From an uncultured candidate division Zixibacteria bacterium (lineage in GTDB: Bacteria; Zixibacteria; MSB-5A5; GN15; PGXB01), in NCBI GenBank assembly GCA_963702205.1, contig OY969724.1:3008001-3072000 (forward strand): a DNA stretch of 64,000 nt. Direction: 5' to 3'. The notes under the pieces are model-generated. The model saw nothing but the letters and a program-made list of their open reading frames with translations, searched no databases and was not told where the DNA came from. The translations under genes and the position numbers were made by a program. Position 1 is the first letter of the stretch. Each line of letters starts with the position of its first letter. This document shows positions 29,538 through 39,733 of this stretch, piece after piece.

Positions 29538-31189
29538 GATTCAACCCTTTTGATGGAAATGATCGTTATATCGTCCGACTGAGGACACGTGCCCAGATAA
29601 TCGTTTATTTCATCGAGGACCTTCTCGGTCAAATGATGTGATGATTCATTTCTGTATTTGACGACCAGGTTTTGTGTCCGCTCATCGCCGAAAAGCCCAT
29701 CGTCATTTTCCGCCTCGGTAACGCCGTCGGTAAAAATGAACAGCAGGTCTCCAATTTTCATCGGCCGCGACTCGATTTCCCAGCCGTCGAATTCGAAAGC
29801 CCCGATCATGATACCCGACGCCCCCAGCTGTTCCATGCTGCCGTCGGTATGAATCAGGTACGGTGGATTGTGACCGGCGTTGACGAATTGCAGGGTGTTT
29901 TGTTTGTTGTCCAGCACCCCGATAAACAGCGTCGCGAACAGGCCGGGAGCGCTGTGCTTGAGCATCTGATTCGAGACTCTGACTACCAGGTCCTTCAGAT
30001 CGATCTTCTCCGACGCATACAAAATCCTGAACGACGCCAGAATATTCGACATCAGCAAAGCCGCCCCCAGGCCTTTACCCGAGACGTCGGCCAGTAAAAA
30101 CAACAGCCTCCCGTCGGGCAACAGAGCTATATCGTACAGGTCTCCCCCGACCGAATACGATTGCTCCTGGTACGAGTAAATGTCATACCCGCCATATTGA
30201 GGAGGCTCTTTGATTATCAGATTTTTCTGGATTTGGGCGGCCCGTGCCAGTTCGGCGTCCATAATCTGTTTTTTGTGCCTTTCGTCGAGCAGTTCATAAT
30301 TTAATAAACGCGATGCGATAATATTCCCGAACGTAGCCATTATGCGAAGATGATTTTCATCATACCGATGTGCCGGATTGGTCGTGTCCGCGTACAGAAT
30401 CCCCAGTACTTTTCCTTCATCGAACAACGGCACGGCTATGGCCGACTTTAATTCAGAAAGAATTATCGACTGCTGCTGCGCGAAACGCGGGTCGTTCAGA
30501 GGGTCGCCGATGACAATGGAATTCTTCTGCGTCATGATTTCACTGACGATCGTGCTCGAAAGCCGAAACGCACCCGGGTCTTTTATTCCCTTGAGAAGTG
30601 TCGCCTCGGCCCGCACGTCCTGCCCGTCATCGGACACGAACAGAACCGCCAACCTTTCGGCGGGAATCGCCCCGGCTACTATTTCCAGCGATTTTTTAAG
30701 CATCATCTCGCGGGATTCATCCAGGACCAGCATCTTGGCCATATCGAACATGGTCCCCAGCAGATCCTGCCGGGCGGACACCCCGCTGGTCAACGGCCTT
30801 AAGGCGTCATTTATCGATAAAAACCGCGATTTTAAAAGCTCTTCATCGGCCAGCTTACTGGTCGAAATGGCCGGGCGCGTAACCGCACCGGCACCGTCCG
30901 AGGCCGCGATCTTGAATTCTGTCTGTCCGAACAACACCTTATCGCCGGCTCTGATATCGACCGGGTCAGTAACTTTCTTGCCGTTGACAAATGTCCCGTT
31001 GTGGCTCCCCAGATCGGACAAAACCAGTTTGCTGTCCGCGCCGACCCTGATTTTGGCGTGTTGTCGCGATACCGTCCGGTGGGGGACACAGAAATCGCAT
31101 TCTGATTTGCGGCCGATTAAATATTCACCGGGGTCCAGTGCCCACGAATAAAATTGCCGCCCGTCAGTTCCGCTAAGCTTAAGAGACAT
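29534..31189 (-). CDS. FHA-GAF-SpoIIE (PP2C) serine phosphatase
   Basis: FHA 'IGR...VSRQHA...DLGSHNGTFVNG'; GAF 'SAIAVPL...GILYAD'; PP2C 'VGGDLYD', 'ADVSGKG', 'NAGHNPP', 'FTDGVTEA', 'DDIT'. Confidence 0.93.
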   Translation of the reverse strand: MSLKLSGTDGRQFYSWALDPGEYLIGRKSECDFCVPHRTVSRQHAKIRVGADSKLVLSDLGSHNGTFVNGKKVTDPVDIRAGDKVLFGQTEFKIAASDGAGAVTRPAISTSKLADEELLKSRFLSINDALRPLTSGVSARQDLLGTMFDMAKMLVLDESREMMLKKSLEIVAGAIPAERLAVLFVSDDGQDVRAEATLLKGIKDPGAFRLSSTIVSEIMTQKNSIVIGDPLNDPRFAQQQSIILSELKSAIAVPLFDEGKVLGILYADTTNPAHRYDENHLRIMATFGNIIASRLLNYELLDERHKKQIMDAELARAAQIQKNLIIKEPPQYGGYDIYSYQEQSYSVGGDLYDIALLPDGRLLFLLADVSGKGLGAALLMSNILASFRILYASEKIDLKDLVVRVSNQMLKHSAPGLFATLFIGVLDNKQNTLQFVNAGHNPPYLIHTDGSMEQLGASGIMIGAFEFDGWEIESRPMKIGDLLFIFTDGVTEAENDDGLFGDERTQNLVVKYRNESSHHLTEKVLDEINDYLGTCPQSDDITIISIKRVES

Positions 31190-31545
31190 GTTTTTCCAAT
31201 TTTCGCCGGGGTTTTAATTATATGTGTCTGGCAATTTTAACCCAAAATTCGCCAAACATCAACATATTTTTATACTTCAGAGAATCTCCTTTATTCATGA
31301 TTCGTGCTAATCATTCAGGAAAAATGGAACCCGCACCTAATTTCATTGACATCTCAGACGATTCTTTTATATTATTACTATTGATTGAAACGCAATTACT
31401 TACGGATAGGTATTTCAATCGACTTTACGCGTTGCCAATTCATATTATACGGGACCGTTGTGCCCAGGAGGAAGATTTTTGTCATATAACTTCCTACCGG
31501 CTAAAGACATACGCTATTTTATCGACATATGAGTATAGGCGAGAT

Positions 31546-33450
31546 ATGAAAATAACCTGGCTTTCAACCCTTTGTATGCTCCTTCTGGCGGTCGGACTAT
31601 CGGCTCAAACCCCGAATATTCACATTGATGCCACCGCCGCACCTCTTACTATTCCCCCCGATACTATCTGGACCGGCGAAGATTTCGTTTTATCCATAAA
31701 CATGCAAAATACCAGTGGAGAGTACTGTATCGGATACAGCATGAGCTACAGCCTGTACAGCCCGGACAGTATAACTTCAATAGTCTATCGCAGCATCGGC
31801 GGAAATACCGGAAATCCGGCCTTCAAGCTTTTAAATCATTTTGAGCAGGGTTTTGACAGCTACTGGCTCTTCAATCAACTTTTCCAGCTGAATCTCGACG
31901 GCATCCTGCCGGATACTTTTAATCATTCCACGGTGGGCACACCACCCAACAGCGGCTGGCCGCCCACTGATACCGACCGCCTGGCACGGCTCAATGTGGG
32001 ATTGCGCATAAATGAACCGGGGACGTTTTGCATCGACTCCATCGACCACCCTCAGTCAACTTATGACTGGCTCTGGCTGACACCATCGGTGCCGGAATTC
32101 AACGGTCCGTACTGCTGGATAATCACCGATTGCCCCAATCAGGACGGCGACACCCTGTGTGACTTTGAGGATGACTGCCCGGACGATTTCGACAACGATC
32201 AGGCCGATACCGATCTGGACATGCACGGCGATGCCTGCGATAACTGCCCGGATGAATATAATCCCGATCAGGCCGACCGCGATGAAGACGGCGTGGGCGA
32301 CCTCTGCGATAATTGCCCGGATTCGGCCAATACCGATCAGGGAGATGACGATGACGACGGCGTCGGCAATGCCTGCGATATCTGTCCCGGATATGACGAT
32401 TTGATCGACACGGATGGCGACGGTGTCCCCGATGGCTGCGATTTGTGCGAGGGCTTTAATGATTCCATTGATGTCGACGAAGACGGCGCCCCCGATAGCT
32501 GTGACAATTGTCCGGGCCTGTCGAATCCCGATCAGGCCGATGACGATCAGGACGGCGTCGGCAACGCCTGCGATATCTGCCCCGGTTTTGATGATACAAT
32601 CGACACGGACGGCGACGGCATCCCCGATGGCTGCGATCTGTGTGAAGGCTTTGATGACTCCATCGACGAAGACAATGACGGCGCACCGGATGGTTGCGAT
32701 AACTGCCTCGGTTTAGCGAATCCCGATCAAGCCGATGACGATCAGGACGGCGTCGGCAACGACTGCGATATTTGTCCCGGCTATGATGATTCAATCGACA
32801 CGGATGGCGATGGCGTTCCCAATGGCTGCGATTTGTGCGAGGGTTTCGATGATTCAATAGACGAAGACGCCGACGGAGCCATCGACGGCTGCGATAATTG
32901 TCCCGGTCAGTACAATCCCAGGCAGGCTGATAATGATGGCGACGGTTTGGGCGAAGTCTGCGACCCCTGCGACAGCTATTTACCGGTTATTACCGCCGTC
33001 GAAGGTCCAGTCGGTGTCATCTGGGGCGGACGCTATTCATACGTTCCTGAAGTAACCGACCCCGATAACATAGAATTCACTTATGAATACCCAGCGAAAC
33101 CATATTGGTGCACAATTGCCAACGATACCATCTGGGGCATCGCTCCTGATTCGGCCCTCACTGAAACCCTGACCGTCGTCGCGTGGGATTGGTGCCAGGC
33201 CGACACCATGAGTTTCCTCATCGCCGTTTACAAATGCGGGGACGTTTATCCCGACGGATCGGTGGATTTGCTTGATATATTATTTTTAATCGACAACATC
33301 TACGGCGCCCCACCCGGACCCCCGTCCCTGCCTCCGGCCGCGTCCGATGTCAACAACGACGGTGGTATCAACCTGATAGATATATTGTACCTTATAGATT
33401 CGGTGTACGGTACACCCCACGGTCCCGACCCCGTTTGCCCGGACTCCTAA
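31546..33450 (+). CDS. Secreted thrombospondin type-3-repeat protein with Ig-like domain and C-terminal dockerin-like domain
   Basis: Signal peptide; many 'DNCP...NPDQAD.D.DGVG..CD' repeats; C-terminal 'CGDV..DG.VDLLDILFLI...DVNNDGGINLIDILYLI..PVCP'; start at MKIT. Confidence 0.88.
   Translation: MKITWLSTLCMLLLAVGLSAQTPNIHIDATAAPLTIPPDTIWTGEDFVLSINMQNTSGEYCIGYSMSYSLYSPDSITSIVYRSIGGNTGNPAFKLLNHFEQGFDSYWLFNQLFQLNLDGILPDTFNHSTVGTPPNSGWPPTDTDRLARLNVGLRINEPGTFCIDSIDHPQSTYDWLWLTPSVPEFNGPYCWIITDCPNQDGDTLCDFEDDCPDDFDNDQADTDLDMHGDACDNCPDEYNPDQADRDEDGVGDLCDNCPDSANTDQGDDDDDGVGNACDICPGYDDLIDTDGDGVPDGCDLCEGFNDSIDVDEDGAPDSCDNCPGLSNPDQADDDQDGVGNACDICPGFDDTIDTDGDGIPDGCDLCEGFDDSIDEDNDGAPDGCDNCLGLANPDQADDDQDGVGNDCDICPGYDDSIDTDGDGVPNGCDLCEGFDDSIDEDADGAIDGCDNCPGQYNPRQADNDGDGLGEVCDPCDSYLPVITAVEGPVGVIWGGRYSYVPEVTDPDNIEFTYEYPAKPYWCTIANDTIWGIAPDSALTETLTVVAWDWCQADTMSFLIAVYKCGDVYPDGSVDLLDILFLIDNIYGAPPGPPSLPPAASDVNNDGGINLIDILYLIDSVYGTPHGPDPVCPDS
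32308..32892 (+). repeat. Three tandem 195-bp (65-aa) intragenic repeat units
   Basis: Units start at 32308, 32503 and 32698, with the next DNC at 32893. Each encodes DNC..N.DQ.DDD.DGVGN.CDICPG.DD.IDTDGDG.P.GCDLCEGF.DSID.D.DGA.D.C. Confidence 0.9.
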
Positions 33451-33457
33451 ATCCGCG

Positions 33458-34627
33458 TTATTTTTCAGTGATCCGCCTGAAATTTTCGGGATCGGTATCA
33501 CCTTCCGTATTTAATACCAAAATATTTGAATTTGAATCGAGTCCAAGAAAATCTCGCGCACCTTCCAGCTCGTTGTCCTCGATCACAGCCAAAAGCGCCG
33601 CCAGTCCGGCTGCTCCCGATTCTCCCGACATTATCCGAGGATCATCGCCAGAAGGATTATAATACGTCCGCATCGCATCGCGGGCTCGGTTGTCCGGAAT
33701 ACCGAGGAACAAATCGAAACTGTTCTTTATAATCGGCCAGGCCGTCAGCGATGGCGTCGCGCAGTTCAAACCGACCATTATAGAGTCCTGCCGCCCGTCC
33801 GATATAACCGGCTCTCCCTTTTCGATTGATTCTAAAACACAAGCCGCCTGCAACGGCTCCACCGACACGAGTTTTATAATACGATCAGGATATTCGCGGC
33901 GATAATAGTATCCCGCCGATGCCGCCAGCGCCCCCACTCCCGCTTGCACGATGACAATATCGGGAATCAGGTCGCCCTGCTCGGAGATTTCGTCGAACAT
34001 GGTCAGATAACCGGCCATAATCCATCGCGGTATTTTTTTGTAACCGGGCCACGATGTATCGGAAATTATATGCCAGCCGTGCACTTCAGCATCATGCCTG
34101 CATTGCGCGACCGCCGCATCGTAATCACCGTCGACTATTCGCACGTCGGCGCCTTCACGTTTGATATTTTCTATTCTGGCCGGGGCGGATTTCCCGGGCA
34201 TATAAATAATCGACCTTTGCTTCAAAAGCCGCGCCACCCAGGGTACGCCCCTCCCGTGATTGCCATCGGTGGCGGTGCAGAACGTGAAGCTTCCGGTGGC
34301 GATAAAATCGGAGGCCTTATAGAACAAGTCCGCCCTGGGGCATGTCTTGCCGAATGATTCCAGGTGTTCTTTGATAAATCTGTATATGGCATAAGTCGAT
34401 CCCAGCGCTTTGAAAGCTTTAAGCCCGAACCGGTGAGATTCATCCTTAACCAGAATATTACCGACGCCTATACTATGAGCCTGTTCCGGCAGTGCCATCA
34501 ATGGCGTCAAAGTGTACGCATCAAGCGATCGGTGCAGGGACCTGACGTCTTCCCGGTCCGGATTGAATTCTTCTTGAGCTGCCCGATTCTCCGAACGGGC
34601 GAATGGATTGACGACGAACCGGCTCAC
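33458..34627 (-). CDS. dpaL: Diaminopropionate ammonia-lyase (PLP)
   Basis: 'KDESHRFGLKAFKALG', 'TATDGNHGRGV', 'SDTSWPGY', 'QAGVGALA', 'SGESGAAG', 'TEGDTDP'. Confidence 0.9.
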   Translation of the reverse strand: MSRFVVNPFARSENRAAQEEFNPDREDVRSLHRSLDAYTLTPLMALPEQAHSIGVGNILVKDESHRFGLKAFKALGSTYAIYRFIKEHLESFGKTCPRADLFYKASDFIATGSFTFCTATDGNHGRGVPWVARLLKQRSIIYMPGKSAPARIENIKREGADVRIVDGDYDAAVAQCRHDAEVHGWHIISDTSWPGYKKIPRWIMAGYLTMFDEISEQGDLIPDIVIVQAGVGALAASAGYYYRREYPDRIIKLVSVEPLQAACVLESIEKGEPVISDGRQDSIMVGLNCATPSLTAWPIIKNSFDLFLGIPDNRARDAMRTYYNPSGDDPRIMSGESGAAGLAALLAVIEDNELEGARDFLGLDSNSNILVLNTEGDTDPENFRRITEK

Positions 34628-35705
34628 TACTTTTTCGATATAGCTATAATGACAATGCCGATCAGCAAGAACGCCGCGTTGACCGCCCAGGCGGCAATAT
34701 CCGGGCCAAGACGTCCGCTGTACCCCAGCGACTGCACCACCTTAAAGCTGACAAAATAAGTCAGTGCAATGCCGGACCCGATTGCAAACGACACCGCTAC
34801 CCCGCCCCGTTTGGGATTCGACGCTATCGGGACGCAAATCAATATGACTATGAACGAAGCGAACGGGTACGCCAATTTAAGTTTCAGATCGACAAGCTCG
34901 CGCCGGTACGGTCCCCCCGTACGTTTCATCAGGTCGATATACCGCTGGAGCTCGGAGTACCCATATCTTCGGGGTTCCCTATCGGAATCTCGAAATCGGC
35001 CGGTTTGTCTTCGATGTACGCCGCCGACAGCGAATCGAACGTGACATACGTCTCGCCCGAATCGGAGAAATCCCGTTTGACGCCGTCGTAAAGCATCCAG
35101 TTTTGACTGGTAAACTTGATTTTGTCGGCGGTGATAATCTCACGCAGGCGGTTCTTGTCGGATTTGTATATTTTTACATCGTCGCCTTCACGCCGGGGAA
35201 TGTTGTACGACGTAATCACGTAAAACAGGTTTTTATTGACCTGGCGATATATATTATGAGTGGACATGGTCGCCCCGCGCGATTTTTTCCGAATGACGAA
35301 TTCGTGCATTTCCACCCGTTTCTTGTTGGGGCCGGGGAATATCACCTCGTTGAAATAAATATCCCCGAGGCTCAAACAAAAGGTGAAAGCCAAAATCGGG
35401 GCCGCAATGCGGTACAAAGAAATCCCGCTGCTTTTCATGGCCAGAAGTTCATTGCGGCGAGCCAGGATGCCGATCGATATCAACGCCGCCAGCAAAACGA
35501 ACACCGGCAAAAACGACTTCACGACCCAAAATGTGAAATATGTATAGTACAAGACAATCTGGCCGAGGGGCACGTCGTTGTCGATAAACCGTCGCAGTTC
35601 CTCGACCATATTGATGGCCACTATCAACAGACCGAAGGCGAAAGTGACAAGCAGCAGCGCGGAAACGAAATATCTTAATAAATATCTATCGACAACTTTG
35701 AACAT
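34627..35705 (-). CDS. lptG: LPS export ABC permease LptG, split by a single-base frameshift at about 34961
   Basis: 'MFKVVDRYL', 'NELLAMKSSGISLYR'. One extra base at ATGGGTAC joins EDMG to YSELQRYIDLMKRTGG...KLAYPFASF of ORF 34627..34929. Confidence 0.88.
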
Positions 35706-35706
35706 G

Positions 35707-37026
35707 TTATCTCCTGAAAAACGAGAAAAGCGGTTTTTCGGAAATAACTTTGACCAACAGGTACAACCCCGCGGCACCGATTAAGAAATTCGCACTCCAC
35801 ATCGCCCAAAACGGTGACACCATCCCCCGATCGGCCAGGTCTTCCCCGCCAATCAGAAACGCCCAGTAGACGGTAAATACCAAAAGCGATACGGTCGCCG
35901 CGATCCCCATGCCGCCCCGCCGCGACAATATCGCGATCGGCGCCCCGAACAGCACGAACGCAATCGACGCCGCCGGAATCGAGTACTTCTTATATATTTC
36001 AATCAGGTACTTGTCCATCACACGATGCTGTTGGTTGATTTGTTCCGCGTCGTTTTTCATTCTGGTATACATGCTTTTCATATCGGTCTTGAGATAACCC
36101 AGCGCTTTTATGTCATCCATTTCCCTACCGGCCGGATAGTCCAACGAATCGGAGAACAGGAATTTCAGTTTATTATCAACGTTGATGTCTATTTTTTTGA
36201 CGAACGGCTCGCCCGCGCTTTCCGATTTGGCGACCACATCACGCATTTCCGAAATATTCATTTCACGATCGGTCTTTACGTTGGAAGGCGTCTGTTTCAG
36301 TTCGGAACCGACACCGCCGACGTTTATCACCTGTTCGGTAAAATTCACCCGCCGATAATTTTCGGGGTGCTTTTTATCGAGCATATGTATTTCGCCGTCA
36401 TAGAGCGTGAACTGAACCGTCTGGCCGTCGTCCAAAAATTTCATCAGTCCGGATTTGGCCACGATTATGCGCGGCTCATTGGGGTTTTTGACGTCGCTGA
36501 TACGAATCCCCTCGACTTCCGACGTAACATGATCGATTTTGTCGATCAGGATTATATAGCCGGTGATGTCGGTAATAAACACCCCGGCGCGGAAAGTCAA
36601 AGTCGGCCGCATGGCGCTGATGTCCCCGGCCAGAACCCTGGCCCGGTGATTCAGTTCAGGCAAAATTTTATCGCTGAATCTGACCATTCCGAGAGCCAGC
36701 ACCGCCGATGCGATCAGAAGCGGGATCAAGACCCTTAATAAATTAACTCCCGAGGACTTTATCGCCACGATTTCACTGTCCGACGTCAACCGCCCGAAAG
36801 CCATGAGAGTCGCCACCAGCACCGCCATAGGCACCGATAAGGCGATCATCCAGGCCAGGTTGAGAAAGATCAATTCCAGCACGACCCAGAATTTGATGTC
36901 CTTATCGATCACCAGCTCGACGATTTTCGGTATCGTCTCAAGGATCAGAATGAAAGTTATAATGAATACCGCGAAAATAAACGGCGGGATATGCTCTTTG
37001 AGTATGTAGCGGTTGAGAATTTTCAT
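35707..37026 (-). CDS. lptF: LPS export ABC permease LptF
   Basis: 'MKILNRYILKE', 'GRLTSDSEIVAIKSSGV', 'EIYKKYSIP', 'AMWSAN'; tandem with lptG. Confidence 0.88.
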   Translation of the reverse strand: MKILNRYILKEHIPPFIFAVFIITFILILETIPKIVELVIDKDIKFWVVLELIFLNLAWMIALSVPMAVLVATLMAFGRLTSDSEIVAIKSSGVNLLRVLIPLLIASAVLALGMVRFSDKILPELNHRARVLAGDISAMRPTLTFRAGVFITDITGYIILIDKIDHVTSEVEGIRISDVKNPNEPRIIVAKSGLMKFLDDGQTVQFTLYDGEIHMLDKKHPENYRRVNFTEQVINVGGVGSELKQTPSNVKTDREMNISEMRDVVAKSESAGEPFVKKIDINVDNKLKFLFSDSLDYPAGREMDDIKALGYLKTDMKSMYTRMKNDAEQINQQHRVMDKYLIEIYKKYSIPAASIAFVLFGAPIAILSRRGGMGIAATVSLLVFTVYWAFLIGGEDLADRGMVSPFWAMWSANFLIGAAGLYLLVKVISEKPLFSFFRR

Positions 37027-37137
37027 ATTGGCAACCAATATAGCCTTATACAAAATAGGATCAAAGAAAAATTCCTTTTGCGGTGGCACAAGGCTGACTA
37101 TATTGATATATTGATTCAATCACGACAGGGATAAGAC

Positions 37138-38064
37138 ATGATCAAAGACTTTAATATAAACGAAACAATCACCGCCTTTCTGGCGATCCGACGATCCGAC
37201 GTTCGCGAATACAACGCCACGACTTTTATAACTTATGAATTCGGCGACGCCTCCGGACGCATTGCCGGCGTCTGGTGGGAGCCGGAAAGATCCGCGGTCG
37301 ATGAACTCGCTGAAGGCGACGTCGTCAAGGTGCGCGGGATTGTCCAGGAATATCGCGGCAAACTGCAGGTGCGGGTCGCGAAATTGCGACGGGCCGATCC
37401 GGGCGAATACGATCTCGCCGACATCCTCGCCCATTCCGCCTTTTCCAAAGAAGAACTTAAGGGCCGAATTCTCGCCATGACCGAGAAGATCGAAAACAGT
37501 TACGTCAAAACTTTGACGGATTCTTTCTGGAAGGATGAGAAATTCTTCAATGACTATCTTATGGCCGCGGCGGGCAAACTCTGGCACCACGCATTTATCG
37601 GGGGTTTGGCTGAACACTCCCTCAATGTGACAGAATTATGTCTGGATATGGCCCGGCGCTATCCCAACCTCGAACGCGACCACTTGATTTTCGGCGGGCT
37701 CTTTCACGACGTCGGAAAAATCGACCAGTATATCATAACCTCGTATATCGACTATTCCGATGAAGGCCGGCTGGTCGGGCACATAAATACCGGCGACTAC
37801 CTCGTGACATCACACGCCGCGAAAATCGACAATTTTCCAGCGGAACTCCTGATGCGCCTGAGGCATCTTCTTCTGGCCCACCACGGCCAGAAAGAATTCG
37901 GCTCCCCGGTCGTGCCGATGACTCCCGAAGCCTTCATCCTCAATTTTGTCGACGAAATAGATTCCAAGATGGGTGCGCTGGAACGCATCCGCGCGAAAAC
38001 CGGGTCGGGCTGGTCGGAATACGTCAACCTCCTCGATCGAATGCTCTATTTCGGCAAAGAATAG
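37138..38064 (+). CDS. yhaM: 3'-5' exoribonuclease YhaM/Cbf1 family (OB + HD)
   Basis: OB 'FGDASGRI...VVKVRG.VQEY.G.LQV'; HD 'HHAFIGGLAEH', 'FHDVGKI', 'EGRLVGHI', 'HHGQKEFGSP..P.TPEA'. Confidence 0.9.
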   Translation: MIKDFNINETITAFLAIRRSDVREYNATTFITYEFGDASGRIAGVWWEPERSAVDELAEGDVVKVRGIVQEYRGKLQVRVAKLRRADPGEYDLADILAHSAFSKEELKGRILAMTEKIENSYVKTLTDSFWKDEKFFNDYLMAAAGKLWHHAFIGGLAEHSLNVTELCLDMARRYPNLERDHLIFGGLFHDVGKIDQYIITSYIDYSDEGRLVGHINTGDYLVTSHAAKIDNFPAELLMRLRHLLLAHHGQKEFGSPVVPMTPEAFILNFVDEIDSKMGALERIRAKTGSGWSEYVNLLDRMLYFGKE

Positions 38065-38075
38065 CTGCAAATCCA

Positions 38076-38807
38076 ATGTCGTGTCAGAACGAGATCATTC
38101 TAAAGGTAGAGAACGTCTTTCGCACCGTTACAAAAAATGGTGCTTCGATTAAAACCGTTAATGGTATTTCGTACGAATTTCATAAAGGCACCATATATAA
38201 CATCGTCGGGCCGTCGGGATCGGGTAAGACATCATTCCTCAGGCTTTTAAACCGCCTCGATGATCCCACCGAAGGCACGATATTTTTTCAAGATAAGCCC
38301 CTCGATTCGTACCCCCCGACCGAGCTGCGTCAAAAAGTTTCGATGCTATTCCAGTCACCGTACCTTTTCGAGGGTACTGTAGGCGACAACCTGAAGTACT
38401 GCTGCCAGGATAATGACAAGTCCATAAATGGTATTTTACCTCAAGTCGGATTAAAACACGACTTCGTTTACAAACAGGCCGAAGACATCTCCGGCGGAGA
38501 GAAGCAGCGGGTGGCACTCGCCAGAGCTTTATTGTTGAACCCGGAAGTGCTTTTGCTCGACGAACCAACCGCTTCGCTGGATCCGACCCTGTCGCAATCC
38601 ATTGAAAGGTTAATTCTGAGATTGACACAAGACTTGTGTCTGACGACTATTATGGTAACCCACGACCCGGAGCAGGCCCGGAGGCTCGGCGGTCAGACCC
38701 TGCTTCTGGTCGAAGGCAAACTGGTCGAAACCGGCCCGACCGAGCACGTTTTAAACGATCCGGAAACCGATCTCGCCAGGAAATATATCAACCGGGAGCT
38801 GATATGA
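38076..38807 (+). CDS. fetA: ABC transporter ATP-binding protein (FetA/YbbL-like)
   Basis: Walker A 'GPSGSGKT', signature 'ISGGEKQR', 'LLLDEPT', 'VTHD'; coupled to a UPF0014 permease. Confidence 0.8.
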   Translation: MSCQNEIILKVENVFRTVTKNGASIKTVNGISYEFHKGTIYNIVGPSGSGKTSFLRLLNRLDDPTEGTIFFQDKPLDSYPPTELRQKVSMLFQSPYLFEGTVGDNLKYCCQDNDKSINGILPQVGLKHDFVYKQAEDISGGEKQRVALARALLLNPEVLLLDEPTASLDPTLSQSIERLILRLTQDLCLTTIMVTHDPEQARRLGGQTLLLVEGKLVETGPTEHVLNDPETDLARKYINRELI

Positions 38808-39559
38808 TCGAGACGGGTTATCTTCAGGTTCTGGCCGCCGCCGCGCTGGCGCTTCTGGCTTTCATCCTCGCCAAAATTAAGTCAATTCCGGTGGAAAAAG
38901 AGATCGCCTTCGGGTCGGTGCGGGCGTTCGTGCAGTTGGTTGCGGTCGGTTACGCTCTCGATTTTATTTTCAAGCTGGAATCGATTTGGCTGATAAGTCT
39001 GGCGGTGGCGATTATGATCGTCGTCGGTTCATACACGGCTTCACAGCGTCTGCCCAAATCCAAAAAACCATTTACGGTCTCGCTGATAGCCATCACGTCG
39101 GGTTCGGTCATCACGCTGGTCCTGATGCTGCTTCTCGATATAATCAAAGTCGAGGCGCGCTATATCATACCGCTGTCGGGTATGATCATCTCAAACTCCA
39201 TGAACGGCGGTGCGGTGGCGTTCGACCGTATCGGCTCGGACCTCAAGTCCAACCGTCTGGCGGTCGAAACCTCGCTCGCTCTCGGCAAAGACTGGCGCGA
39301 AGCCTCGCGCAAATTCTATCGGACCGCCATACGGGCCGGTATGATCTCGATTTTAAATTTCCTGAAGACCGTCGGTATCGTCGCCCTTCCGGGCGCTATG
39401 ACGGGCATGATTCTGGCCGGGGCGTCACCGCTCGACGCCGTCTTGATTCAGATTGTCGTGGGGTACATGCTTCTGTCGGCGGTAACCATCACGACTATTA
39501 TTTCGGTCGAGCTGGCAATTCGTCAATATTTTAACAGCGCGGAACAATTTACGGGCTGA
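38804..39559 (+). CDS. fetB: UPF0014 permease (FetB/YbbM, putative iron export)
   Basis: 'RAFVQLVAVGY.L', 'YIIPLSGMIISNSM', 'GIVALPGAMTGMILAG.SP'; ATGA overlap with fetA. Confidence 0.88.
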   Translation: MIETGYLQVLAAAALALLAFILAKIKSIPVEKEIAFGSVRAFVQLVAVGYALDFIFKLESIWLISLAVAIMIVVGSYTASQRLPKSKKPFTVSLIAITSGSVITLVLMLLLDIIKVEARYIIPLSGMIISNSMNGGAVAFDRIGSDLKSNRLAVETSLALGKDWREASRKFYRTAIRAGMISILNFLKTVGIVALPGAMTGMILAGASPLDAVLIQIVVGYMLLSAVTITTIISVELAIRQYFNSAEQFTG

Positions 39560-39641
39560 ATTGACTTGATTTTGGACCGAATTTGAATAAATTGGGGCCT
39601 TAACCGATAAGGCTTCAAAAATTATCGGTTTCTTTTTAGAC

Positions 39642-39733
39642 GGAGAGGTGTCCGAGTTGGCCGAAGGAGCACGCCTGGAAAGTGTGTAGGGGTGATAAGC
39701 CCCTCCAGGGTTCGAATCCCTGCCTCTCCGCCA
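39642..39733 (+). tRNA. tRNA-Ser (anticodon GGA), CCA encoded
   Basis: Acceptor stem GGAGAGG/CCTCTCC, anticodon arm CACGC-CTGGAAA-GTGTG, long variable arm, T-loop GGTTCGAATCC, discriminator G. Confidence 0.97.

Noticed and set aside
31222..31545. N-terminal extensions in the ORF track (also for rmlA/C/D, msrC, pepC, fetB, lptF/G, NUDIX, JAB protein)
   Set aside because: Downstream starts have an RBS, signal peptides or stop/start overlaps; the extensions run through intergenic DNA or REP repeats.
32150..32970. Regularly spaced repeats that could suggest a CRISPR array
   Set aside because: They are in-frame coding TSP3 repeats with synonymous variation; there are no unique spacers and no cas genes.
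12173..35705. Selenocysteine/pyrrolysine read-through or programmed recoding as the explanation for broken genes
   Set aside because: The breaks are single-base frame changes in short homopolymers, not in-frame UGA/UAG codons at catalytic positions.
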